DNA from: Bugula neritina
Lineage: Eukaryota; Animalia; Bryozoa
Assembly: GCA_964035545.1 (NCBI GenBank)
Contig: OZ037770.1
Location: 9,492,973-9,556,972, forward strand
DNA length: 64,000 bases
Direction of reading: 5' to 3'
Part shown: positions 1-12,387 of the stretch, in pieces
How positions within the stretch are numbered: position 1 is the stretch's first letter
How the letters are laid out: every line of letters begins with the position of its first letter
Program-made: the position numbers and the translations under genes
The notes under the pieces: model-generated
What the model was told of the DNA's origin: nothing
Databases searched by the model: none
The model's input: only the letters and a program-made list of their open reading frames with translations

Positions 1-149
1 ATATGATATAATATAATATATTTATAGCAAGCTCTTTTTAATAGACCATGTATAATACATACAATAATTCTTTTATAAAAAAGCAGTTATAACTATGTCA
101 CATTAAATTACATACTTTTTACTGTCACTTATTATTTTCAGCCACTGAC

Positions 150-568
150 CTTGTAGCAATCAGCACTATCAGGTCCTTTACATCCACCAGAACAAGTAGG
201 AGAACAGCATTCTGCAGATCCAGACCCATAACAACCATTACTACAGCTAGCATGGCATTGTACTGGTAGTTTCTGGCAATAAATATCTAGTTGTGGTCCC
301 CAACAATTGCCATTACATGCTGCTGCGCAGTTATCTAAAAAATAGACACCACCCCTATACAGAAGCTTGTATTGTATTACTGAGGAACAAACAATTTTAA
401 TTTAATGTATTACTGGCTATAACACTATTGGTCTGCTTACTGTAAAGTTACCTATTGCATATTTTTAACCAAATTTGGTCAATATTTTTTAGTTATTATG
501 AATATTTGAAACTCAATCAAGTTGTTGCGTATTTTAATGTAATATGTTATTGTTTGAACAAAACAATA

Positions 569-611
<43 letters not shown>

Positions 612-3600
612 ATATATACATACTATATAGCTTTATTCACTAGAATATTTACTAATAACTGTTAGTTGTGTTAGCACTTACTGCTGCATGACTGAGGACT
701 AAGGGCATTTGCAGATTGCGTTGAAGAGTTTCCTAATAGTTGGTTCAAGTCAAGTGTGTTTGCTATGCAGCTGGCAGAGTTTATATATATATTTCCTTTT
801 TCTACAGCTATATAATATCATGTGCACAAGGCATGAGAAACAGAATGTAAACTGGTTACAGAGATAGTTCCATAATTTAAAGTACTTTTTCTTGGTTGTA
901 AAATGGTATGGAACTTGTTTAGAACCAAGTAATCTAAAAGCAAAATATTGTAGTGAGGACGTAATACGCGCGTCCCCCGCATTCCTTCAGCCTATCCAAG
1001 TGCGTCACGTGATAGGCCTTAGTTAGTAGTAGTTTTGCAGTAGAGAGAGCGTGCTAACTAAGCGAAGATCTAATCTCTAATCTGTGTACGTGCTGTATCT
1101 TTTATATAATTAGTAGTAAATAAACTTGGAAGCTTTTACCTAAATACTTTATTGGTGTAGATAAATAGACATAATTACCAGCTAGGAACCCACGCATAGT
1201 AGTTACATAAATTACTACAGTGGTGGCAGCAGTGGGATTTCTAGCTACTGTATGAGAACAATGAGAAGTATTAGAACATCATGGACGAGGGAGTAACTTC
1301 AATAGAAGGAGGTGAGCAGAACATTATTATAGGCCCTCTCGGAGCTGGAGAGGAGGTATATAGGAACATGTTGGAGGTTCCCATATTCACAGGCTGCAAG
1401 GATATTGAACAATTCGTTCAAGAATTCCGTGAAACTGCCGCCATTGCAAGATGGCCGCCAAGAGTAACCCTTACAAAACTGCGGATGGCACTGACGGGAG
1501 AAGCCAAGCCGTACGGGTGGAAGCCTAGCATAAACGGGTTCATTGCTACACTACGGGCTCGTTTTGGCATGCCCGTTGCCGTCGCCAAGTCCAGACTGCG
1601 AGGATTACTCCGCAAGACATGTACACCGCTTTCTGACCACGCCACTCTGGTGCAGAGACTGGCACGGACCGCGTATAGCGATCTGCCAGAAACACACAGA
1701 CGGCACTACACATTCGAAGCCTTTGTACAGTCTCTCAATTCCTTGGACTTCCACCACCAGTTACAAGCCAAGGGAGTGACCACAACTGAGGCTGCAATCC
1801 AAGAGAACAAGGCCTACGCTGGAGCCGAACGACTCTATAAGACGGAGGAGGCCACACCCCAGCCCTCTAGGGAACCAGACCATCCGGTCCGCATAGCTGC
1901 CGCGACCACTAAAACCCTCATAGAGACGGAGATAAGCCGCTTGATGACTAGACTGGGAAAATTGGTGGCGACGATAACATACAACCACTCAAGGAAGAGT
2001 AAGAGGACGGCAGCAAAACCCCCCAGACCCATGATGCGACGCTGGGAAAGCGGCAATCAGGGACACCGCCACCTGAGTGGCCCACGATTCAAACGGCAGC
2101 AGAAACCACAACCTCCCCGGAGACCCCCAGAGCTCCGCGGACACACACAGAGAGAAAAACGGGGTGGGTGTCGCCAGGAGCCCGTACGGGCCCAGCGACA
2201 CAAACCCCGTCAATGGCAAACACCTCGCCGTACCAGCCAACCAGGTCGACCACGAGACCCCTTCTCTCTGCCTCTCACCAACCGCTTCAGTCCGTTACCA
2301 GTAATGGAACAGACCAGCGAGGCCCCTCAGGGCATCGGGGAGGATCAGAACACCTCCCCGCAAGGAAACTCTCACCGGCCCCGCAAACCGCGGAACAAAC
2401 GGGCACCCTAGCTGACGGGTCACGGATTCCTTTCTACGGTATCATAGAATTGGCTGGGCGCGTCCGCGACCAAGCCATTCAGGAAACCTTCGTCATCAGC
2501 CCACTGGAGGAAGATGCCATACTAGGGATGCCGTTCTTGAAGAGACACGGGTGCCATATCGACTTTAGCAAGTCAGCCATGCTAATGGGCGGCAAAGAGC
2601 TCACCTGTGTCGACAAGTTCGGTCGTCCTCTAGCGGGAGGTGTGCAGGTAGTACGCAACTGTACTATACCCGGCCGCTCCCGGGCTACCGTTCACTGCAG
2701 AGTGAACAATAGCTAACTCTCGGGGCTAGGGGTTGTCGAAGGTGCGCACTCTAGAATCCAACTCGCCAGCAGTCTTAACCGGCTGACTGACCGAGGAGAG
2801 ATCTTGGTGCAGTGTGTCAACCCCTTCTCCGAAGCGGTACAATAACCGTCAGGATCCATGCTGGGTCGCTTCCACTCCATCCAGGAGGGGGATGTAGGGC
2901 CGTCGCTGGGAGCTGCGACGGAAGGTCCCCAACAGAGCCCGTCAGTTAGGCGGGGGACCGTCCCATCACACGTCAAAGAGCTATACCAGGCAGCGTGTAA
3001 CGGCTGCACGGGCAACGTGGAACGCCAGATTATGGCTCAGTTGCTACGTGATTATAGCGACGTGTTCAGCAGTGGGGACCATGACGTCGGCCTGACCACG
3101 GCCGTCTGTCATGAGATACCGCTGGCTGCAGAGACTACCCCTATTCGGCAGCCCACCAGGAGGCTGGGACCCGAGAAGGAAAAGGAGGTAAGCCAACAAG
3201 TTCGGGATCTTTTGGACCGCGGCCTCATCGAGCCAGCGCATAGCGCGTGGAGTTCACCGGTCGTTCTGGTCCGAAAGAAAGACGGCAGTTGGCGGTTCTG
3301 TGTGGATTATCGCAAGCTCAATAGCGTGACAATACAGGACGCCTACCCCTTACCCAGGATCGACGAATCTCTGGACGCCTTAGCCGGCAGCAAGTACTTC
3401 AGTACGCTAGACTTGTTGAGCGGCTATTGGCAGGTCCCCCTCAGCCCAGACGCCCAGGAGAAGGCGGCGTTCATCACGCGGGATGGCTTATGGAAGTGGA
3501 AAGTCCTCCCCTTCGGACTGACTTCCGCCCCCGCCACGTTCCAGCGGCTCATGGAACAGGTCCTCAGTGGACTCCACTGGAAGACACTGCTAGTGTACCT

Positions 3601-6600
3601 CGACGACGTCATCGTGATCTCCCCAGACTTTCAGACGCACGTCAGCCGTCTGCGGGAGGTCTTCGATCGACTCCGAGGCGCCAATCTGAAGCTCAAACCC
3701 TCCAAGTGCGCTCTCTTGCAGCCAGAGGTGAAGTACCTGGGGCACATCGTCGGCCGCCACGGCGTGGCGACGGATCCTGAAAAGGTACGAGCTATAGAAG
3801 ATTGGGTAACCCCCCCAGGATTTGACCGGGCTACGGGCTTTCCTGGGGCTGGTAGGGTATTACAGGCAATACATACCAGACTTTGCGGGGGTAGCGCAGC
3901 CGCTAAACCGGCTCACCGCAAAGGGGGTGACCTGGCAGTGGACTCCGTCGAACAGAGAGCGTTCGACTGCCTCAAAGGCCGCCTGCTGGAGGCCCCTATC
4001 CTGGCCTATCCAGACCCTGCCCTGGAGTACATCCTCGATACTGACGCCAGTGACCAAAATGTCGGCGCTGTGCTGTCCCAGGTGCAGGAGGGCCGCGAAG
4101 TAGTCGTGGCCTACTACAGTAAGTCTCTCTCGCCCACTGAACGAAATTACTGCACTACCCGAAAGGAATTGCTGGCAGTAATCAAGTCGGTGAAGCATTT
4201 CAGACCTTATCTATACGGCAGGAAGTTCCGCTTGCGGACCGACCACGCCTCCTTGATTTGGTTATGTAAGAGAGCAGAACCGTCCAGCCAAGTCGCCCGA
4301 TGGCTCGAGGTCCTGGCCGAGTTCTCTTACCGGATCGAACACCGACCCGGTAAGAAACACGGCAATGCTGATGGACTGAGCCGGCGACCGGACGAGGGGT
4401 GTAAACAGTGCCTCAACATCGAGAAGAGGGACGGAGGTCCTCCAAAATCCAAGTTGAGAGCACTGAACCACTCTGAAACGGAGTATGACTGGGACCAGGG
4501 TCAACTCCTACAGAAGGCCTCTACGCCCCCGGAGGCTATCCAACGCCTCCGTGCCAATCCTGTCTTGGCTGATAACGTTAGAGAGCTACGAAGACTCCAG
4601 GAGGACCTCCCTGGAGTGGTAGCCGACGTATATCGTGCCAAAAAGGAGGGGCGACGACCCAGTGAAGAACAACTGCGGCAGGGATGCACCGAGTTACGGT
4701 TGTACTGCCAACGTTGGGATTCCCTGCGGATCGGGCCAGATGGTCTGCTGACCATCACAGTGGCTGCTCACAACAACCAATACGGCAGACAAAGGGTGAT
4801 CTGCCCAGCCGCCATACGCCGGGAGTTAGTATGGGACACCCACAAGCAAGCCTACGCCGGGGTGAGCAGGGTTCTCTCCAAGTTACAACTCCGGTGGTAC
4901 TGGCCAGGCATGGAGCGTGAGGTGCGGCGTAGAGTCAAACAATGCGAAATCTGCCAGGCCAGCAAGCATGGCCGTCTCCCTGGTGAAGCGGGACGGCGTC
5001 GGCTATATGCTGGAAGGCCATGGCAGGTGGTAGCTATCGACCTAGTCGGACCCATGCCCGTCACCCCCAGGGGAAACAGTTGGATCCTAGTATTAACCGA
5101 CCACTTTACACGGTGGGCGGATGCCCTGGCTATTCCAGATGCGTCCGCCCCCACGGTGGCCAGGGTGCTGGACCAAAATGTATTCTGCTATCTTGGACTA
5201 CCTGAGCAAATACATTCGGACCAGGGGGCTCAATTCCAGTCCCAACTGTTGAGCGACCTCTGCCGCCTCTGGGGAGTAAACCAAAGCAGGACCACCCCAT
5301 ACCATCCTCAGGGCAACGGGGTGGTGGAACGCAACAATCGCATGTTGGGCGATGCACTGCGCAGCCTGCTCCTCGGCCGGGGTCAGGAGGAGTGGGATAC
5401 GGTACTACCGCAAGTCATGCGGGCCTACCGTAGTACACCACACACCAGTACGGAGGAAACCCCTAACCTCCTGATGCTCGGTTGAGAGACGCGAGTGCCT
5501 GACCACCTCACATACCACATCCCAGAGCAGGACTATACCATCCACGAGTATGCCAGTAAATTGATAGAGGACCTGAGGGCCGCACACGAAATACTGCGGG
5601 CGAAGCAGTGGCAGGTACGGCGAGAGGACTCTCAGGAACCACCCCTCTATCGAACTGGGGACTGGGTGTGGATGATCAACTACCGTAGGCGTCGAGGACA
5701 AGCGGCTAAGCTCCAGCCTAAGTTTGTGGGACCCTACGTAGTAGTTGAGGCTATGCCCAATCATACGTACAAGTTGGAGCGATCTGGACAGGTCTCTGTT
5801 CAGAACGAAGCCCGCTTGAAATCGTATTGGGCTAGCCCAGGAGCAGCAGGAGCAGCCCCCCCGTTGTTGGAGCCCAGGAGGCAGACAGTAACGCGTGGGC
5901 GGCAACGGCATGGACCAGAATACGAAGTGGTTGTGCCGCGGGGAGAGGACTTAGTGAGGCAGGAGACGCCACTCCCACCAACGGAAGTGCGCCCACCGCC
6001 CCCAGTACCAAGTCTACCCCCACCACTTCCGGTTCCGCATCCGCGTCCGGAAGTGCAAAACCCCCCCGTGGGAGGGGCTCCATCTGGGGACAACAGCAGA
6101 GAGGGGAACACCACCACCAACGGCGGGCCAGAAACACCACAGGTGGAGCAAAATAGCCCACCAGTGAGTACGCCGCCCCAACCAACAGCTATAACTCCCT
6201 CTCCAGCTGATGCGTCACCTCCCCTGGAACGGGGACAGCGTACTAGACAACCCCCAGCATACCTTAAAGATTTCATATGTGACCGTGTTACAAACGGCAG
6301 TTATGAAAGTCTAGCTGGGCGCCGTACGGAAAGACTGGCAACAAAGCGTGGGAGTTGTGAACACCACGGAAATCTCAACTTTTGCGAAGGCGGAGTAGTA
6401 AACAAAACTACTACGCCCGAGGCAAATAGTTCCAGCCGTGCGCAACAACCACGCTGCCCAGTCTTTTCGTCCGCTGACGTTGTCAAGGGAAGACGCATTC
6501 AAACTCAATCCACGGACATCCAAGCTTGAACGCTGAGTATGATTACAAATACCGGGTTCTCAGGTAAGCTTGCTCTGAGCTAACATTTCCACTCATGGAA

Positions 6601-9600
6601 ACCAGTCTACCATCAGTCAGTTCTGATTTAATCGCCTTGATTGAATCACAACTACTGGGGACTGAGTCCTACGTGAAAGGCGACGAGAACATAAAGATGG
6701 CCGACGATCTACTAGATCTGGAGCTTGACACTATGTCTCTCTGTCAGTCTACACGACACGACTCAGTCCCTCGAGTGCTATCTGAAAAGATGTATGACTC
6801 CCAGACTAGTAACAGTCGGTTGTCATCAGAATTATGGTGTAAAGATCATATCCGATCTAACAGTAATTCTGCTCTTTTAGATACCGCTCTCTCTCCTCTA
6901 TCTGGTGACATGCCGTCACTAGAAATGGCTTGGAACGAGGAACCCGTTCCCACTACTCTTCCGGAGGCACTCCTACAACAATCATGCTGGGTTACAACAG
7001 ATACGGAAACACTGATACGAGAGCACAAAGGAGACGACCAATGCACCACCTGCCGTTTATGCCAGCTTCACTTCACTACCCCACGAAGACTCCGAGTTCA
7101 TATTCCCCAACATTACTTCACCACCTTTTGTCCCTGTGGTGAATATAGTTACCACAGGGACTACATCCTCCGTCACCAACGAACCATGGGATGCCATATT
7201 GGACACCTATTCGAAGTCGACGAACCCTCCTTTCCACAATTCCTTAATCTCATCCGACCGTTCATATCAGACCCAGTTCGATATGAACGGCTGCGTCAGG
7301 AGTTCCCCGCACCCAGGACCATCACACAGGGACCCTGCCCTAAACCACCCGGATATAGGAAACCACGCATATCCCATTCCTCACCCCCCGCACGCACAGT
7401 GCCTCGCCCCGACTCTATACCAAGAGTCGTGTTACGACGCATCGATATACCACAGCGATGGCGTCCCTCCCCCCCTGTCTCCCCAAGGCTGTCTCGTAAG
7501 CGGCGTTGGCCATCTTCATCCCCCAATCGACACTCTGCTCCCGCCAGGAATCTAGGCGAGGCAGAAGAGCGGATACGAGAATTAGAGAAAGAGGTGCAAA
7601 GACTGACACCGAGAATCTCCGCCGCCGCATCAGAACTCCGGGCCCTCTCTGCCTCTGTAGCCCGAATGAAAGGAAGTGCTTGAAGGTGATGTCCCTCCTT
7701 TCCTATCCGTGATGGTACAGCAGGTGGTGCCCCATTACAGACCCTTCTCACGCTAGTGCTCACAGACAATTACTCAGTGTAACAATATAGTAACCTACCA
7801 GTATACAGCTCTACCTCTACAAACTATTCCCTTATAGTGCCTCCCGCCGGTGCCATTGTACATTCACTGTTATATTTTTTATATATGTATATGTTTCTTA
7901 CTACTGTACATAGCCATGTTTTTCTTTGTGTGCCACACGCTCTCTCAGTTTTTATATATATATAGTTTTATAACATTTTATGTTCGAATTATCTAATCTG
8001 TGTTATCAGAAAGTAGGGCTTTCTGCTGGAGGGGGCGATGTAGTGAGGACGTAATACGCGCGTCCCCCGCATTCCTTCAGCCTATCCAAGTGCGTCACGT
8101 GATAGGCCTTAGTTAGTAGTAGTTTTGCAGTAGAGAGAGCGTGCTAACTAAGCGAAGATGTAATCTCTAATCTGTGTACGTGCTGTATCTTTTATATAAC
8201 TAGTAGTAAATAAACTTGGAAGCTTTTACCTAAATACTTTATTGGTGTAGATAAATAGACATAATTACCAGCTAGGAACCCACGCATAGTAGTTACATAA
8301 ATTACTACAATATTATAGTTGTATAGGTTTGTACATATTGGTTTTAAAAGGACAAAGTCAATAAGGAAAATTACTAAAGAAGTTTAATGCACACTGCAGA
8401 TAATGATGTCTAAGCACATTTTGAGCAAAGGTGAAAAATACTCAAAATAAAGCAATGACTTTGGTGACATGACTTAGTCTAAACTGTTTATTGCCATCCA
8501 AAATCTCTCTCAAATAAGTTACAAGTTATAATATTTATTCTAAATATCTAATAATATACATCTGAATAGATTTTCTTTGAAATTTTGTCTTTTATATGTT
8601 ATATTTAAGCTTTAGGTTTTTTCAAAACTACTTGACTATTATCAACTGCAGCAGTGGTCATCAGCAATAACATTTTAAATTAAAATGCATATTGTATCTG
8701 TCCATAAGTTATCATAGAATTGTAATTAGTGTATATAGTCTTCAAATACAAATGAGTTGATTTACTTTATAATGTGACATTCATCCGTCTATAAATTGCA
8801 TTATTTTTTTTTCATTGTGTATCTGAAAAACTTTTGCCTGAAAAAATTTTAACTACATTTGAAACATAAATAAATTGAAATTACATATGATGACAGCTTA
8901 AGATTTTTATGTAACTAATCAAAATATTTCAATGTGTCGATTTATAATACAATCAACGATAAATGATTAGATAACCTATACTATAACTAGCTAATTTCTG
9001 TAGTTATTTAACATTTTTGGACACAGCGTTTTAATTAGTTTTGATACAAGTAAGGCACTGAAAAATAAACCACATTGCAAATTTTTTGCTTACTTTTAGG
9101 TAAAATATTTTTTGCAATAAAAAAGTGCTAGTGTGCCTGCAGTATGTGTATTTCAACAATTAGAAACAAAATCACAACTTTGAACCAAGAACAGTGTATA
9201 CATCTTATAATTACTAGCGTTTTTGTTAAGTATTTTATGATGAATTTTTTCATTTAATCCTACTTTATCATAACTTACTTTCCAAAGACTGCAAGTCGAA
9301 AAATGTTCTTCCAACATCTCGAAGTGTTAAACTATTACTAGACTTTTTGGGAACATATAAACCTTCTCCTCCAATTGATTTTAAATTGTCTAGGAATGTT
9401 TGTTTATTTTCATATCCTAGATGACCTAAAAAAATATGAGAATATACAACTAAAAATTAAAGACAAAGTTTTTTTATTGTGCAAAGTCTAACTATTTTTG
9501 AGAAGCTCTTGATAATATAAACATGTAGAAATTAAAGCAAAAATTCTTAGTTTTACTTTGCAGTAGCATTGCTTGACATTACTTAAAATAGCATATGCTA

Positions 9601-12387
9601 CTTTAAATGTTGGCTATTTACTGGCAGAAGTGGAACTAAAGGCTCTTTTAATAATAAAAAAGGCACATGCCAGTAATTGCGATAATGTGGCCTGTAAAAT
9701 TGTCACCACCTCTGGAGTTCATAACTGAAACCTCCGGCTTGCAAGCAGGTGCGCTAACCCCTATTTCTCAGAAACAGGGGTTTGAGCCTAATGACTGTTT
9801 TTTCTATAGGTTCTTTAGATATCTACAGAATGCATTATTAACAGTAAATCAAATGTTTGAAAAGTATATTTTCTAACATAAAGAAGAGCAGCTAAACAGG
9901 TGCTTGTGGTGCCCATAACTTTTCCTCTAGTTGTTTGCAGTTGCTTTAATAATTAATTTTAATTTATTTATAAGTTTTGTGCATTACTAAACATTGCTTA
10001 TATATCTATTATTCCTATCACCACATTTTGTTTAACTCCATTAACTTATGCGTCCTGTTCAAATCAAAGCATTCTTCGATATTGTTTTTAGAAGGTTTTA
10101 ACTATGTGTAGTTTTATCATTTTCTTACATCAGAGAGCAATATTTATGCTCTAAGAGCTTACAATCATTTAATCTTGTTGATATTATTTGCTTTCCAATT
10201 ATAATAGGTTTTGTTTTAATTGACTCATTCCCATATGTGATGCTTTTGCATTATTTACAATTATACTGTCTTAGAAACTTAAAGTGCAGTGTTGAGTTTA
10301 CCCAGTTGTCTCAATGTTGTAAAGATTAGCACTTTTGCTTGCAAACCAAAAGTCTCAAGTTTGAATTCCAGTAGGAGCAAAGGTTTTTTTTCGTAAGCTA
10401 TTTTGGCCTTTAGTGATATGTAGTAGTAAAACTCCGAGGGAGTCAAAAGATCAGGAAGCCTGATGACTAAAGGAGTAGTAGAGAGGCCAAGGAGGTTCTG
10501 AGAACTGGGTTGGATGTATAATGATGGGTTTACCCAGTTGTTCTGGTAATGTAATGGTTAGAAAATTTGCTTGCTTAAGCCATAGGTGCGAACCTCAGTG
10601 GGGGCAAAGTTTTTTTGTGTAAGGAGTTTCTTGAGTGTTCTATTGTTGCAAGTTTTAAAGGCCTTTAATTGTGACAGCTTTAGGTCAGCCTAGTATTGCA
10701 TTCAAACTAAAGTTTGGCTAAGAATATTAGTTTGTGCATGGGACTTAAATTTTGTTTTAGTGTATAACATTTATTTACCAATCTAGACTAGACTTCTCTT
10801 AGCAATGTATTAGCTGGTTATAAGCCCTCTTTTCAACTCCTTGTTGGATAATATAACTGAACAACTAACTTCATAGATGCAAAGTATTACTATACTATTA
10901 TGACCTAACCATAACTGCTTGCCAATGGTTTTTTTTTCTGCTATTATCTCAAATTAGTCAGCTGAGTTTAAGTATGAAATGACTGGTTTTTTTACTACAG
11001 GAAATGGCAAATTTGCTAGTACAGCCTTTTAATTAAACTATTGAAAAACAGCTAAGGTGTCTTTTTGGTATTTTTTTAATTTTATCCAAGCAAAGTGGGT
11101 CTTAAGCAGACTGCAGCCGCAAGCCTTTTTTCCTACCGATCTTAAACTCACTGATTTGCATATCATGTAATGCTTTGCAGGTAATGACTTCCAAATTATA
11201 CTAGTTTGTTCGTGGAGATGCTTTGGTTCAAACAACAGAAAAGCTTTATTTTGTATGCCATGTTGGTCTATACTCTTGTTTACAAGAAATCATAAAATAG
11301 CGGGTAGCAGTAGCAAAATTTATAGACCTTCTTGACTTAATGACACAAAAGGGCCGGAAAGGTTGACATCCTGACCATAAGCTACACTTTCTTTTACACA
11401 AATGAGACTAGGCTATAACGACAATAAATTCACTTTTCATTAGCCATGTTTTGTAATAAATTCAATTTATATAATAACACTATTAGACCGAAGCAGAAAT
11501 TCTTATTAATTTCTGATTTTTTATATTTATCTATATATTCCCATTGCCAGCTTTAATTTTGGAATAACTCATTTATTTTAGCCAGTTTTTTCATATTAGA
11601 ATGATCTTTTACAAAGTCACAATTTGCAAGGGTAGCTCATATTACTATTTGACAATTACAACAGTGTAGCTTTTACTTTCTAAGAAAGTAGCGATGATGC
11701 AGGATTTGAAACATCACTGAGAAAAACTGCAAACAAATTGGTAAATTGCTAAAATGAAATTGAAGAAATGAGAAAAGTAATAAAAATCATACCATGGCCT
11801 GAGGTAGCTCTGAGTGTTATTTGACCTTGAACTCTGACAATGTTAGACAATTGTTGTACGCTATTTTGCGCATTACTGGTTGAAAATATTTTTATGCCAA
11901 GGTACAGATCTCCAAGGACAAAAGAGCAGCCTTGGTAAACATTTCTCAGATAGTGTACTTCTGGTAGGATACTGCCAGGATATTGTCTTGTATCTTTCTC
12001 GTGCTGTCCACTGCAAACTCTTTGATAAATATCTACAGTATAAAGAAATAGGAAAAAGGAAATGGCTTACATAAGTTAAAACTGGGATCGCTACACGCAC
12101 ACTCGTGCACACACACGCACACATTTACAGTAAATATATATTTCATTTTCAACAATGTCTGGAAATACTGTACAGTTTACTAAATAATGCTGACACAATG
12201 AATGTTTGTCATTGAAAATAGGAATATTCAAAAATAAATAAAAAAACGATTTATCTTTGCAATCATATCACTCATATGATTCAATAATGCAAGCTCAACA
12301 GTTAAATTTACCTCGCAAACTGCCATGTAGAACTTTGGTGATAAAACTCAGAAAGAATAAACTCACTACAACTGTTTTATAGGTCAT
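150..12387 (-). CDS. Gene A: 5' part (exons 1-5: signal peptide, L1, start of CR1) of a close paralog of gene B; continues beyond the window start
   Basis: Minus-strand exons 12387-12312, 12032-11793, 9416-9279, 807-682, 334-150 have the same lengths (76, 240, 138, 126, 185) and splice sites as gene B exons 1-5 and are open. Confidence 0.85.
572..620. repeat. (TA)n microsatellite
   Basis: Visible dinucleotide run. Confidence 0.95.
949..1219 (+). repeat. 5' LTR of Gypsy 1
   Basis: Direct repeat of 8039-8309, TG..CA termini. Confidence 0.97.
1221..1238 (+). promoter_or_regulatory. Primer-binding site, tRNA-Leu type
   Basis: TGGTGGCAGCAGTGGGAT, complementary (1 mismatch) to the 3' end ATCCCACCGCTGCCACCA of eukaryotic tRNA-Leu. 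Confidence 0.8.
1281..2411 (+). CDS. gag: Gypsy 1 Gag-like ORF (degenerate)
   Basis: P.F.G..D.EQF..EF......WP motif shared with the gag ORFs at 19620, 28557 and 56535; zinc knuckle decayed. Confidence 0.8.
   Translation: MDEGVTSIEGGEQNIIIGPLGAGEEVYRNMLEVPIFTGCKDIEQFVQEFRETAAIARWPPRVTLTKLRMALTGEAKPYGWKPSINGFIATLRARFGMPVAVAKSRLRGLLRKTCTPLSDHATLVQRLARTAYSDLPETHRRHYTFEAFVQSLNSLDFHHQLQAKGVTTTEAAIQENKAYAGAERLYKTEEATPQPSREPDHPVRIAAATTKTLIETEISRLMTRLGKLVATITYNHSRKSKRTAAKPPRPMMRRWESGNQGHRHLSGPRFKRQQKPQPPRRPPELRGHTQREKRGGCRQEPVRAQRHKPRQWQTPRRTSQPGRPRDPFSLPLTNRFSPLPVMEQTSEAPQGIGEDQNTSPQGNSHRPRKPRNKRAP
2400..6529 (+). pseudogene. pol: Gypsy 1 pol (protease remnant, RT, RNase H, integrase), disrupted
   Basis: WRFCVDYRKLN, YLDD, DTDAS, TDH, integrase HHCC region and D..D..E, GPY. 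Stops at 2716, about 2845 and 5485; compensating frameshifts near 3815 and 3947; protease active site deleted. Confidence 0.93.
6595..7683 (+). CDS. Extra ORF inside Gypsy 1 (env position): C2H2-type zinc-finger protein with Pro/Arg-rich region and C-terminal coiled coil
   Basis: Intact 362-aa ORF; CRLC..F..P..L..HIPQH and CPCG.Y......L.HQRTMGCH; EAEERIRELEKEVQRL heptads; no signal peptide or TM segment. Confidence 0.75.
   Translation: METSLPSVSSDLIALIESQLLGTESYVKGDENIKMADDLLDLELDTMSLCQSTRHDSVPRVLSEKMYDSQTSNSRLSSELWCKDHIRSNSNSALLDTALSPLSGDMPSLEMAWNEEPVPTTLPEALLQQSCWVTTDTETLIREHKGDDQCTTCRLCQLHFTTPRRLRVHIPQHYFTTFCPCGEYSYHRDYILRHQRTMGCHIGHLFEVDEPSFPQFLNLIRPFISDPVRYERLRQEFPAPRTITQGPCPKPPGYRKPRISHSSPPARTVPRPDSIPRVVLRRIDIPQRWRPSPPVSPRLSRKRRWPSSSPNRHSAPARNLGEAEERIRELEKEVQRLTPRISAAASELRALSASVARMKGSA
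8039..8309 (+). repeat. 3' LTR of Gypsy 1
   Basis: Direct repeat of 949-1219, preceded by a polypurine tract. Confidence 0.97.

Larger units (their letters stand above)
949..8309 (+). mobile_element. Ty3/Gypsy LTR retrotransposon 1 (both LTRs present, defective pol), in intron 3 of gene A, antisense to it
   Basis: 271-bp LTRs 949-1219 and 8039-8309 (TG..CA, 2 mismatches), ATAT target-site duplication (945-948 / 8310-8313), PBS, PPT GGAGGGGGCGA, domain order gag-PR-RT-RH-IN; empty site in the paralogous intron near 40240. Confidence 0.97.

Noticed and set aside
455-643. ORF with YIYIYI (also 40927-41204 and the YII repeat ORF 52724-52942)
   Set aside because: Translations of microsatellites
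5405-6523. Antisense ORFs over the Gypsy elements (also many at 20-25 kb and 57-61 kb)
   Set aside because: Expected shadow ORFs of GC-rich coding sequence with no recognisable motifs
6595-7683. Retroviral-type env gene
   Set aside because: No signal peptide or TM anchor; zinc-finger motifs instead
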